Below, piece after piece: positions 44,543 through 57,303 of a stretch of DNA of 64,000 nucleotides (position 1 is its first letter; each line of letters starts with the position of its first letter). The stretch spans positions 62,248,001-62,312,000 of the forward strand of contig OX597816.1 of the NCBI GenBank assembly GCA_951406725.2. Reading direction: 5' to 3'. The notes beneath the pieces are model-generated. The model did not search any database and was not told the DNA's origin. It worked only from the letters and a program-made list of their open reading frames with translations. The stretch comes from Octopus vulgaris. Taxonomy: Eukaryota. The translations under genes were made by a program, and so were the position numbers.

Positions 44543-44908
44543 TACTAGCAGTATCGCCCGGCGTTGCTTAGGTTTGTAAGGGAAATAACTATAAAGTATT
44601 TTTAGAGAGTTATAGCCAAAAAATAGCAAGAAAATGGAAAAAAATGATGGTAAATTTTTTTTTGAGAGTTAAAAAAGGATGGAGTTGCGTTCCCTAGACA
44701 GTTTGTGGTTCGTGTTTCTGATTCTCGACCCCATGTCGAATGTATCGATTTTTTTCAGAACTGGGGAAACTTTTCAAATTATGACATTGGGCTATGTGTG
44801 TGTCAAGTTTCATCAGAATCGGTTGAAAGCCGTGGTCAGGGTGAGGGTACAAGCAAACAGACACACAGAAACACGCACAGACAAACTGCCGTTTATATAT
44901 AGAGAGAT
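44543..44908 (+). mobile_element. Non-autonomous Helentron/DINE-1-like element
   Basis: Begins tactagcagtatcgcccggcgttgct, contains aagtttcatcagaatcggttg and a (cagaca)-type stretch, and ends tttatatatagagagat. Confidence 0.65.
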
Positions 44909-45323
44909 ACGCGTGTGTGAGTTGGCCATGTGTAACGATGCATATGTTACTGATAACTGAAAAATATTTGAAAAATTTGTGGATGCAGCCAGTTCGCTGT
45001 TAGTGAGTGAAATTTAGCATTTAAAATATATGTCAGTGTAACAGATACATTCGAATTATTGTGTACCAGTGTAGAAAGCTTGGAGATACATCAAAATATA
45101 AGGCGAATGGTAGTCTGTAAGAAACCGGCTTGAAGTGATTAGGATTCCCAATCGAATGAGGAGATATGTCTGTATTTTAAAATTAACTTTTTGAGGATGT
45201 ATTTTATTCTAATCAAAATACCGTGGTCTGCTGAGTAGGGGCATGAATAACCAGACATAGAACATAGGTGTATCTGAAGTCATACTGAAATTAATAGGAA
45301 GGAAGCTGTGTGAAAGATCGTGG

Positions 45324-45955
45324 TATGTATGTATGTATGTATGTATGTATGTATGTATGTATGTATGTATGTATGTATGTATGTATGTATGTATGTATGT
45401 ATGTATGTATGTATGTATCTATGTATGTATTTATATATGTGTGTATATACGCATGTACGCATGTATGTATGTATGTGTGTATTTATGTATGTACGCATGT
45501 GCGTACGTATGTATGTATGTACGCATGTACGTATGTATGTATTTATGTATGTGCGTGTGTATGTATGTATGCATGTATGTATGTATTTATGTATGTATGT
45601 ACGCATGTATGTATGTATGTACGCATGTATGTATGTATGCATTTATGTATGTATGTACGCATGTATGTATGTATGTACGCATGTATGTATGTATTTATGT
45701 ATGTAGGCATGTACGTATGTATGTATGCATTTATGTATGTATGTATTTCTGTATGTATGTATGTATTTATGCATGTATGTATGTACGCATGTATGTATGT
45801 ATGTATGCATTTATGCATGTATGTATGTATGTATGTATGTATGTACACATGTATGTATATACGCATATATGTATGTATATATGCATGTACGCATGTATGT
45901 ATGTATTTATGTATGTATGTATGTATGTATGTATGTATGTATGTATTTATGTATG
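45324..45955. repeat. (ATGT)n tetranucleotide array with ACGC/ATTT variants
   Basis: Direct reading. Confidence 0.96.
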
Positions 45956-46205
45956 CCTGTCGTCGGTTGCACCACTCCGCTAGACAACCGATGTTTTATG
46001 CTCTTTTTTATGTGCTTTTTAATTATCTTTTCTATGTCGCTAGACAACCGGTTTTTTATGTTCTCTTAATTTAGTAGATCGGCGAAACAAAGCAGCAGAA
46101 TAAATACCATATTTTACAAAGAAATAAGTTCTGGGTTCGATTTCGTTGTCTAAATCTTACAAAGCGGAGCAGCAGTATGGTCGCAGTCCAACAAATGAAA
46201 CTGGT

Positions 46206-46605
46206 GAGTGTGGTAAGTAGCTTGCTTACGAACCATGGTTCAAGGTTCAGTCCTGCTGCGTGGCACCTTGGGCAAGTGTCTTCTACTATAGCCTCGGGCC
46301 GACCAAAGCATTGTGAGTGGATTTGGTACACGAAAACTGAAAGAAGCTCGTCATATATATGTATATATATATATATGCATGTGTGTGTATATGTTTGTGT
46401 GTCTGTGTTTGTTCCCCCAACATCGCTTGACAACCGATACTGGTGTGTTTCCGTCCCCGTAACTTCGCGGTTCGCCAAAAGAGACCGATAGAATAAGTAC
46501 TAGGCTTACAAAGAACAGGTCCTGGGGTCGATTTGCTCGACTAAAGGCGGGGCTCCAGCATGACCACACTCAAATGACTGAAACAAGTAAAAAAGTAAAA
46601 GAGTA
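46206..46605 (+). mobile_element. SINE family A
   Basis: Family head and body. A preceding diverged 3' half lies at about 45960-46200. Confidence 0.87.
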
Positions 46606-46622
46606 TCTTTATGTCTGTCTAA

Positions 46623-46692
<70 letters not shown>

Positions 46693-47274
46693 GTCTGTCT
46701 GTCTGTCTGTCTCGCTGTCCGTCTGTCTATCTATCTAACTTACTAACTAACTACACACATAAACATACATATATATTATCTTTTATTAGGTTTGCCAAAA
46801 AGTGCATTCAATATTTTAAGCGAAAATAAGTCGCAACTCTTAAACATAGAGCGAGTTATTCAATCAGTCATATAATTAGTTTCGTTCTAGTATCGTCTGC
46901 TAATTGTGTGTATATTTGTTATATAATGCTCAAGGTATTTCATGTCTTATTTACTAGTGAAAATCTCTGTTAGGTTAATATTTTTACCTCTTTTCAGAGT
47001 CGAAGGTCGGTCCATTCAAAGAATTTCGAAGAGACCGAAGCAGATAAAAATCTGAAGTTACAGAGCTGAGCAAATATGGAGGTGTGGCAAAACTTATCAG
47101 CCAAGCCTCAGTAACTTCTGTAGCGTCTGCAAATGATGTTGCTGTTGGTGTTGAGAGAAATCCGAAACGTTGTCCTTTGCTATTCGTAAGACCCGCAGAA
47201 GAGAAAGCAGGTCAACCCCCGACATCGAGAGCATCGACGGATGGATGAATGTGCATCCAGGAAGTCGGGGATAA

Positions 47275-47468
47275 GGAACAGGAAGAAAGAGTGAGAGAAA
47301 GTTGGAGCGAAAGAGTACAACAGGGGTTGCCACCACCCCCCTGCCAGACCCTCGTGGAGCTTGAGGTGTTTTCGCTCAATAAACACACACAACGCCCGGT
47401 CTGTGAATCGAAACCGCGATCCTCCGACCGCGTGTCCGCTGCGCTAACCACTGGGCCATTGCACCTCC
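47275..47468 (-). mobile_element. tRNA-derived SINE family C
   Basis: Minus-strand head ggaggtgcaatggcccagtggttagcgc...gcggtttcgattc (A and B boxes), then ttgagcgaaaacacctcaagctccac. Confidence 0.8.
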
Positions 47469-47479
47469 ACTGCAAACGA

Positions 47480-47900
47480 TGTATAGTCAATGTCGTGATG
47501 AAAGACGATATCCTTCCGATTAGCAAGTGCCGGTCGCTTCTGCAGCATCACTGTTTTTAATTTGTCAAGTTGATCAAAATATACATTCGATCTGATGGTC
47601 CACTTCAGACAATACTCATCCAATCCAACGAAATTAAAAGCGTAACCTTCATCGGACGATGTCCTGCTTTGGAAGTTGTTTGTGTTAGTTCGCCGCACAG
47701 TTTTGACGATCCATTTTTCGTCCCATGGGTTGTTTTCCTCAAATTTCAACCAGAAATCGCTGATGGAAATACTGTAGGGAGATCAGCCTCATTCAATTGA
47801 TATGGGACCCAAACAGGGAGTCTGCTAATGTAACCAGCTTGATGTAGATGGTTTTCAAGAATCGATTTGGATATTTGGGGATTATCTGCGATTAACCTGG
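47480..47900 (-). mobile_element. mariner transposase relic
   Basis: Minus strand gives DEKWI and QLDKLKTVMLQKRPALANRKDIVFHHD, matching mariner GDEKW and FHHDNA motifs. Confidence 0.8.
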
Positions 47901-48047
47901 ACGTAAAACATAGTATGCTGTTGGTGGTAGTCTCAGTTGGCCAGCCTGGTACTTATTCCTTGATAAGTTAAAAGAAGGCGAATAAAGTATCACCGGTTTT
48001 CAAATGGTGGTCAGGCAAGCACGAACTCCAATACACACACACACATG

Positions 48048-48121
<74 letters not shown>

Positions 48122-48126
<5 letters not shown>

Positions 48127-48673
48127 GACATCTACTTCCTCTCTTCACTCTTACCCACCTTCTCCCTTCCACCCTCTCCCATCATCGTCACCCCTCCATC
48201 GTTACTCCACCCCACCCTCATGTCCCACCCCTACACCCACATCCTCACCCCAACACACATACCACCACACCACATCGCACCACCCTGCACACACTAGCAC
48301 TGACCACTTCCCAGCACCTACACCATCATCCACACACCTACACAGGCACACTTTCACACGTCAAGGTCACCAGCCTCTATTCACACACATACACACGCTC
48401 TTACATACGCACGCACGCGCACCTTCGTTTTGGGATCACCACTACTTTATTATCTCCAACTTTTCCTAGATCTCGTGTCTGACCACCTCTGTCAGGCCAA
48501 AGCTTTTTTTAAAAAGAAATTCTCTCTCTGTTTATTTTCTCGTATTCTTTTCTGTTGAAGAGCGTAGGCTCGAAACGTAAAAGACTTTCTCACCTTCCCG
48601 AGCGTTAAACTAATACACCTGTTTCTTGTTTACACACCTGTCTTCGTCTTTTGTTGTTTTGTAAATTCCAACT
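48122..48673 (+). mobile_element. PLE 3' terminal region between (TA)n arrays
   Basis: C-rich region, then an HHR, then the tail shared with 430-545, 12560-12678 and 33786-33880. Confidence 0.6.
48546..48584 (+). ncRNA. Minimal hammerhead variant (core CUGUUGA)
   Basis: UCUUUU-CUGUUGA-a-GAGC-guag-GCUC-GAA-ACGU-A/AAAGA, with an A6-to-U core change. Confidence 0.55.
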
Positions 48674-48681
48674 ATATATGA

Positions 48682-48725
<44 letters not shown>

Positions 48726-48750
48726 GTATATATGTATATATATATATGTA

Positions 48751-49047
48751 TCACCGTGATCACCGTGACCGACCAGGCTATGAGATGTTGGTACACATCG
48801 CTGGTCACAATGCACTTCGCATTGTTTTAGCCTTCAAATGACGCCACCCCGCTGGCTAAGCGATCAGGCCAACAGAAGAAAGAGTGAGAGAAACAGAAGA
48901 ATCGCGGCGAAAGAGTACAGCAGGGATCGCTACAACCCACTCCCGGAGCTTCGTGGAGCTTTAGGTGTTTTCGCTCAATAAACACTCACAACTGGGAATC
49001 GAAACCGCGATCCTACGACCACGAGTCCGCTGCCCTAACCACTGGGC
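48751..49047 (-). mobile_element. SINE family C
   Basis: Matches 62363-62623 and 47275-47468. Confidence 0.82.
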
Positions 49048-49058
49048 ATATATATATA

Positions 49059-49107
<49 letters not shown>

Positions 49108-49116
49108 GTGTGTGTG

Positions 49117-49171
<55 letters not shown>

Positions 49172-50112
49172 TCGGTTTCTATGACTTGCCGTCTCCCGTG
49201 TCTACTCATAATGCTTTGGCTCACCCGGGGCAATAACACACGACAATAATCCAAGTTCCAACGCGGTGGGACCGAACCTACAACGATGCAGTTCGGAAGC
49301 AAACTTCTTACCATACTGCCGCACACATTATATTTATGGGTTGATGAATGGTAGGATGGCTGGATGTATATATCGCGTGATTTACAAATTATAGTATTTT
49401 TCGATGAAATATGTAATTTCAGCAAGAAATAAGTTTCGGTATTCACCATTCCACAACTCATTATTTCACTTGAGATGCAAATCAGCAACATCTTATTTAT
49501 GTATTTATTTAATAGTTTTATATTTTTACTTACGTATTGAGATTAAATTATTGTAAGGTCGTTCGAAGTCAATTGTGGATTTTGACGTGTTACAATATTA
49601 AATTTCGAATTAATAAGTGCGTGTATAAATGTGTGTTTAAATTCACAGAGGCACATGCATATGAACATGGACTTTCAAGAGTGTATGTATACATATATAT
49701 ATATATATCATATTTTATCAATGTGTCTCTAAATGTGTTTGTACCTAAGGTTGTAAATGGAGACATAGAATCATATTTGTATGCATGTATATATGTGTTT
49801 GTGTGTGTATGTATTGCATGCATAAGTCTGTCGAACTTGTTAATCTGTCCATATTCAGCCACACACTCACACACACGCACACACATACAAACCTGCGCAT
49901 GTGCATGTGCGTGCGCGCGTGTGTGTTTGTGTGTGTGTTTGTGTATATGTGTGCGTATAGAAATTATACACATGATGATATATTTCAGAAGGGAATAGAA
50001 AGGAATTACAAGGGACACAACATGTAGTGTGCACATACTTTTCAATATTTGTCTCTATTTTCCATGAGTTGACTTCAGTTTCAGTGTGACCGTCTGCGTG
50101 ATTGACTGTCTC

Positions 50113-50173
<61 letters not shown>

Positions 50174-50178
50174 ATGTA

Positions 50179-50257
<79 letters not shown>

Positions 50258-50405
50258 CTAGTTTCTACAGAGATTCTATCTTTCAAATTGACTCGCAAGG
50301 TTTGGTCGGTTCGGGGTTATAGTAGAAGACACTTGCATGAGGTTCCACTGTTTGGGACTGAACTGGAAAACTCTTGGCTGCAAAAGCAAGCTACATAACC
50401 ACACA

Positions 50406-50478
<73 letters not shown>

Positions 50479-50480
<2 letters not shown>

Positions 50481-50944
50481 CAACTGCAAAATCCTGTGGG
50501 ATGCAATAATCCAGTGCGATCACCCTACCAGACATCGGAAACCGGACATTGCTGTGCTGAATAAAACAAGAGAGAACATGTATTATAATCGAGACATCAT
50601 GCCCCAGTGACAACAGGATCAATGTGAAAGAAGAATAAAAAATAAACAACTATGACGATTTGAACCGCGAAAAGACGAAGGTTGTGTTCAATGAAGAGAG
50701 TAGACGTGATACCAATAGTAATTGGTGCACTTGGAAGTATCAGCACTCAGCGACCCACATGGCTGAAAAAGATCGGTGCAAGTGTAAAGGAAGAACACCT
50801 ACAAAAATCAGCATTGCCTGGAACTGCAAGAGTTCTTTGCAGGGTTCTTGAAGCATGACCAGTAAACAAGTTACACTTTCGTTTGTTGGCTGTGGAGAGC
50901 TGACACTTTCCATCACACACAGCAAAAATAAGCTGTGTTTTCAT

Positions 50945-50994
<50 letters not shown>
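50479..50994 (+). mobile_element. R4/Dong-like non-LTR 3' end with (TAA)n tail
   Basis: Reads DNCKILWDAIIQCDHPTRHRKPDIAVLNK...VIPIVIGALG...LQKSALPGTARVL, a PD-(D/E)xK restriction-like endonuclease, then a UTR and (TAA)n. Confidence 0.85.
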
Positions 50995-51200
50995 CCTTCC
51001 TACTAAAGGCACAAGGCCTGAAATTTGTGGGGAGGGGACTAGTTGATTACATCGACCTCAGTGTTTCACTGGTACTTGATTTATCGATCTTGAAGTGAAA
51101 AAAAGGCAAAGTCTCCCTCGGCGGAATTTGAACTCAGAACGTAAAGACGGACGAAATGCTGCTATACATTTTGCCCGGCGTGCTAACGATTCTGCCAGAT
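50995..51200 (-). mobile_element. SINE family B
   Basis: Contains ggcggaatttgaactcagaacg...gcccggcgtgctaacgattctgccag. Confidence 0.8.
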
Positions 51201-51205
51201 CGCAG

Positions 51206-51261
<56 letters not shown>

Positions 51262-51266
51262 TTAAT

Positions 51267-51299
<33 letters not shown>

Positions 51300-51315
51300 A
51301 ATAATAATAATAATA

Positions 51316-51873
51316 AATGTCCTGATGCAGTACCAGACAGTGACTCTCATGGCTTCTGATCTTAACTGATTGGAAGTGTTATCATGTACATTGTGTTGTC
51401 CTGGTATAAAAGATGGGCTACAGTAAATATTCTGCTCAATACCACAGATTTGCTTGTCAGTTGTTTGACCTTAACCAGGCGAGCATGTCCCTTAGTGGCT
51501 GACAATATGTGCATCTCTGATCACGAGCAGAAGTAGTGGGGGATCATCATAGCCATGTGTTGAGAGGGAGTCTTTGGGGTTTGAATAATTCACCTCTGGA
51601 AACATGGGTGTTTCGTTCAACATCCTTAAAGAAAGCCTTATTCAGGGATCTTTTGAGCGGGATGGGTTACTCGACCAGAAGAAAATTCTAAGTGGGTCCC
51701 ACCTTCAAGGTCATATGCTATTTGTCTTGATATGGGATCACCATGTCACTCACATATTGTTGTGATGCATTTGCCTGGTGTGCCCTTATCAGACGGGTAG
51801 TCATGACGGGTATACTGGACTTCGCATATTTTACCCCAGTGTCACTTTCATGGCATGCACTGCTCCCTCACTC
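51316..51873. mobile_element. Probable interspersed element embedded in (TAA)n arrays, unclassified
   Basis: A block of about 560 bp with higher GC, bounded on both sides by (AAT)n. No recognisable ORF. Confidence 0.45.
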
Positions 51874-51879
51874 AATAAC

Positions 51880-51953
<74 letters not shown>

Positions 51954-51976
51954 TAATAATAATGATGATGATGATG

Positions 51977-52033
<57 letters not shown>

Positions 52034-52049
52034 GTTAAGATGATGGTGA

Positions 52050-52940
52050 TTTAGAGAGATAAGAGAAAGAGGCCAAGTGTAGGGGTTTACATAGAATGAA
52101 ATGATATAAGAATGTTTAAGGTATACACGGTAAATAAAAATAAAGTATACATAGCACCTGTCAGTGAAAGAAAAGGATGACAATGAGGTAATCTTCATGA
52201 CACCTGAAGATCTCTAGTGCCAGGCGCGAGCCCCACCATACAAATGTCACTGCCCTTGCCAATTCCTGCTCTCCGACTCACAAGTCTATACTTAGAGCGG
52301 TGCCATCTATTCTTGCCATTTTTGTCACTTCACTCACCTTAATTTCACTAGGGGACATCACCTCCTCACAGTAATCATTTTCCGTTTCAAGTGACGAGGG
52401 CTCTACCAAACAGGAATATAATTTCTTTATTATCCATAAAGATTAACACAGATGGGGACAATACAATGATTTGGGGTCAAAACATGAAACTTTTTACGAT
52501 GAAATCGGATGGGTTATTTACAATGGAGTTATAATGAAATCGAATAAAAACAAACAACAAAAAGAGACAAATGAAGTTAAAAGAACAGGGTAGCCGACCC
52601 CACGAGCCCTGTCATTTCAGCTGAAACTTTTGGTAGGTGATCATGGCGTGTTCATGCAGGGCCTTTCACACCCAGCATCCGTGCTACATGAATATCTGTT
52701 CTCATACCTTTCAGCTTCGCCTAACAGACAACCTCTTTTTCAATAGCCACTAGAGAAAGGACGATTGCTTTACCTGTTCAGTTAAAGGAGAGCGGCATTA
52801 GCACACGGCACTATGGAGTGGGTGATAGACGCATCTGTTCCACGCAAGACAGCTGCTATTCGGCGCTAACTCCAGAAGTCAATAATGCCTAAACACTGAA
52901 CGAGTGCGGGCAGACTGATTTTGTTGCTCTGCGTGCATTT
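52050..52940 (-). mobile_element. L1/Tx1-like LINE 3' fragment
   Basis: Minus-strand remnants CTQSN...ALVQC...DFW (decayed CCHC knuckle) and GKAIVLSLVAIEKEVVC..LKG, followed by a 3' UTR. Confidence 0.55.
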
Positions 52941-52947
52941 TAGAGAA

Positions 52948-53122
52948 ATGCGACCATGCTGGAGCACCACCTTAACGTGTTTTAGTCAAAGAAATCGACC
53001 CCAGGATTAATTGTCTGTAAGCCTAGTCCTTATTATATCGGCGTCTTTTGTCAAAACGCTAAGTTATGGGGACGTAAACACCAGCATCGGTTGTCAAGCG
53101 ATTGGTGGGGGGACAAACAGAT

Positions 53123-53167
<45 letters not shown>

Positions 53168-53332
53168 CTTACACAAATGGCTTCTTTCAGTTTCCGTCTA
53201 TCAATTCTACTCACAAGGCTTTGGTCGGCCCGAGGCTATAGTAGAAGGTATTTTCTCAAGGTGTCACGCAGAGGGACTGAATCCGGAACCATGTGGTTGG
53301 GAAGCAAGCTTCTTACCACGCAGCCACGCCCG
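52948..53332 (-). mobile_element. SINE family A
   Basis: Family head and body. Confidence 0.85.
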
Positions 53333-53351
53333 CGTCTCTCTCTCGCTCTCT

Positions 53352-53390
<39 letters not shown>

Positions 53391-55169
53391 TGCTAACACA
53401 CACACACAGACGCATATGTAAGTATGTATGTATGTATGTATGTATGGATGGATGGATGTATGTATGTATGTATGTGTGTGTATGTGTGTGTGTGTGTCTT
53501 TATGTATCTACGTATTCAACTCAAAAGTGATTCAAAGTTTTGATAGGAGACATTGTTAGAGCCGGGATCCAGAGGGAGGTTTTCTTAATGAATCCTTTTA
53601 ATCGCACAAAAATGCTTGCACCTTATTATGTCTATAAAAAAAATGAGACGTAAACGCTTAGATGTGCGAAACAAAATAAAACGATTTTATTTGTGTGACT
53701 TGTATATCCTCTAGAAGTGAGAATTGTGTAATAGAAAATTAGCTAACTTTAGAAATGCTTCGGGTTCCTTCGTATGACATTCAATTTCGAATATGTTTGA
53801 TGTGATCTCATTCAACAACGTCGACCATTTTAAATAGCATTTCATTTAAAGTTGGCGAAAATAGCTAACATTTGGTATTCTGGCGATTAAATGTTAGGGT
53901 TGGGAGGAGAACCGAAAGTTCTGAAAGGAAATTGACCCAAGGTTAGAAATGAATAATTGCATTCGCTGATTTCAAATCAACGCTAATTTTAGAACAAATC
54001 ATAAAATTATATTATAGCTATGACCGGACGCAGGACTTTAGCCAAACCGTGAGTAGAAAGAGTAAAATGTAATTAACTGAGCTTGCAGAATATTGCCAGT
54101 GACATTTTTATAGAGAAATTGAGATAAATCAGGACAGAACAAGTTGGCTAGCAATTAAATCACAAACGTTATGTCGTTCAGAATAATTGCTGATCATGCT
54201 GAGAGAAAGTTCTATTTACAAAGTACAGGCACTATTAAAAAAACAAGCAATGCTCGTAGCAAATGTAGCCTAATCGGTAAAGAGGCAAATGTGAAAACAG
54301 GGGAAAATAGATGTACAGTACATGGAATCTTTACAGCGTACGTTGTAAGAATTTGAATTCTAAATTGTAAGCTAATTTATCCTATAGATTCATGGCTTAG
54401 AGTTCAAGTTATACTAAGAAAAATTATGACTGCCGTATTATTTTATTAATAAGACGTGCTTCCGTAATACACCGTATTTCAGTCAGTCTGCTTTCTGAAA
54501 GTAATTGGTGTATATTTGCTGTTTCAATGATATTTTGCTTGTGCTGTTTGCCGCCAACCGCCATTTCAGCAATCGAACAAATGAATTATTGACATGCTGA
54601 TGAGAACTCTCTCTTCTCCATACATACACGCATACATACTTACATACATGCATACATACATAAATGCATGCATGCATGCGTACATGCCTACATACGTACA
54701 TATAGAGGAGTGCTGAGAAGGTTCTGGCTTTGGGTAAAGAAAAATACAGGATGATCAGTTAATTATGATTTTATTCAACACATTCCCCTCTCAGATTCAC
54801 ACACTTATTGCAACTGTCCTTCAGTTTTTCTAAGCCGCCCCAAAGAACTCGGAAAGTTGGGCCCCCAACCAGGCCTTTCGCGATCTGTCTATCTATCTTT
54901 CTATCTCTCTATCTCTTTATCTTTCTCTCTATGTATGTATGTATGTACATATGTATGTATGTATCTATCTATATATAATTGCGTATATATCAGTATTTAT
55001 ATGCATATATGTATGTATTTATATTTAGTAGATCTATAAATGTGTGTGTATGCATGTATGCATGTATATATGTGTGCGTGTGTATCCATGCGTACATGCA
55101 TATACACACACATCTAATATAATAAAAGTGAATGATAGAGTGTCACACTTTTTCAACTTTAATAAATCC

Positions 55170-55732
55170 TGTCTACTGGAAGCACCAGGCCTCAAATATT
55201 CAGGAAAAGGATAAATTCGATTACATTGACCCCAGTACGTAACTGGTACTTATTTTATCGACTCCGAAGGGATAAAAAGACGACCTCGGCGGAATTCGAA
55301 CTCAAAAACTAACAGCAGACGAAACATCGCTAAGAATTTCGCCCGGCGTGCTAACGATTCTGCCAGCTCACCGCCTTAACGTAATCTTTTCTACTCTAGG
55401 TACAAGGCCCTAAAGATCGACCCCAAGTACGCAACTGGTACTTAATTTATAGACCCCGAAAGAATAAATCGCAAAGTCGACCTCGGCGGAATTTGAACTC
55501 AGGACGTAAAGACAGACGAAATACCTATTTCTTTACTACCAACAAGGGGCTAAACACAGAACGGACAAGCAAGGACAGTCAAACGGATTAACTGGTACGT
55601 ATTTAATCGACCCCCGAAAAGATGAAAGGCAAAGTGGACCTCGGCGGAATTTGAACTCAGAACCTAAAATCAGACAAAATACCGCTAAGCATTTCGCCCG
55701 GCGTGCTAACGTTTCTGCCAGCTCGCCGCCTT
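55170..55732 (-). mobile_element. Tandem SINE family B cluster
   Basis: Heads end at about 55377 and 55732, and the ctcggcggaatt..aactca core occurs three times. Confidence 0.85.
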
Positions 55733-56196
55733 AGTATAATACAATAATATAATATAATATAATATAATATAATAAATGTGAATGTCAGTCTGTCAGTGTC
55801 CAGCACTTTTTCAACTTTACTTCTAGAAGACGTAGCCTTACATAATATACTATTTTGGAATCGTGCGTACGTGCGTGTACTCTATGGTGGCAGTGTCGAT
55901 GTGATGTCTGTATGCGTGTCGGTGGGTACATCTTTGTGCCCCAAGCGATGTATCCGTGAGTGAAGGTGCGTTTGCGTATATGTGTATAGCCGTGTGCATG
56001 TGTGATTGACTGATACATATACATGTGGTGTGTGATGGCATGCGCCCACTAGTATAATTATTTATGTGCTAGTCTGTATGTTTTTACATTGATTTAAACG
56101 TATGAATGTGCCTGTCTGTTTGTCTGTCTAACTGTTAAAATCTCTCCAGACAGCGAAACTGAAAAGTAAATCTCCCAGATTCAAACCTTAATATCC

Positions 56197-56299
56197 CACC
56201 TGAGGAGTCGTCTATGCACTGTATCTTGTATTTGTTGTTATTGTATCATTCCACGCCCACAAGGGAGCAGTGTATGTTGAAGATGAAATAATTGTTGTG
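56197..56299 (+). ncRNA. Type I hammerhead with long stem II
   Basis: CAC-CUGAGGA-GUC..UAUGCACUG...CAGUGUAUG..GAU-GAA-AUAAUUGU-U/GUG. Stem III is one change from the palindrome ACAAUUGU. Confidence 0.6.
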
Positions 56300-56363
56300 C
56301 TAATAAAATGTTGGTACATTTCGTCTTCTCTATTTATCTTTAATGTATATACATATATATAAG

Positions 56364-57015
56364 TAGGAAATAGTGGCACAACAACGTACCAGCTTTTGCT
56401 GGAAATAGCAGTCGAGTATTAGGTTGTCCATTTCTCTGGGGTTCTTCCTAGGGGTAAGGTGAAATTTTTTTATGTTCACCACCCGCACACATTTTTGCAT
56501 CTCTACATTCAGTGAAGCTTTACATAGAGTCGTGCGGTTATCGACTGCTATTTCCAGCAAAAATTGGTACCTTGTGCCACTATTTCTTATTTACAATCCT
56601 ACCTTTAAGGTGCTTTATTTCGCTGGAAAATAAGATTGTAAAAATATTTATAATTTTTTATATAAATCTTTTTTTATATAAATCTTTTTTCGGTTTTGTT
56701 TAAGGCTGGGTCTATTGGCAGAGTATACAGGCATTGATGTAGCAGATATTTTAAATTTAGTCTTCCGGTAGACCTAGCCTACAAAGTCCAATCAGTTTTA
56801 CGATAGCAGGCGTGTTCTGAAGAGTCCGAAACTCGAGTACTAGGTTGTCCATTTCACTGGCGTTCTTCCTAGAGTTAAGAAGAAACTTTTTTGATGTTCA
56901 CCGCCCACACTCATATTTCCTTCAATACATTCCGTGAAGCTTTACATAGTGTAGTACGGTTATCGACTGCTATTTCTAGCAAAAATCAGTACTTTGTTGT
57001 GCCACTATTTCCTAT
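56364..57015 (+). mobile_element. PLE-like partial tandem terminal repeats with an inverted 5' piece
   Basis: Direct copies at 56412-56590 and 56833-57015. Segment 56364-56415 is the reverse complement of their 3' ends. A decayed HHR (ACCUAG...GAAACUCGAGUA/CUAGGU) lies at 56772-56845. Confidence 0.65.
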
Positions 57016-57190
57016 TTTTAATTCCTATTTATAATGCATTGTAATAATATTTATAATATATATATATATATAATATATATACACAAATAAATGCCTCACA
57101 CTAGGAGGGACAAAGTCATTACTACCAAAAATTATACTAATCATACCCAAATGCAGTTTTTCAAAGCAAGACATTTAAAAATGAATTATG

Positions 57191-57244
57191 TTCTGTATCA
57201 CCGTGATTTCACATACAACTTGCGTGTAATGATCGTCAGCAGAA
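57191..57244 (-). ncRNA. Type I hammerhead ribozyme, left arm (mirror copy)
   Basis: Same motif on the minus strand with stem I UUCUG/CAGAA and stem II UAC-AC-GCAA-GU-u-GUA. Confidence 0.78.
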
Positions 57245-57247
57245 TCA

Positions 57248-57303
57248 GTTCTGCTGACGATCATTAGACGCAAGTTGTATGTGAAATCACGGTGATACAG
57301 AAC
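57248..57303 (+). ncRNA. Type I hammerhead ribozyme, right arm of the palindrome
   Basis: GUUCUG-CUGACGA-stem II with GCAA loop-GAA-AUCACGGUGAU-A/CAGAAC. Predicted cleavage is after 57297. Confidence 0.78.

Noticed and set aside
47120-47175. aaatccGAAACGTT hammerhead-like 3' half
   Set aside because: No recognisable CUGANGA box or stem I partner.
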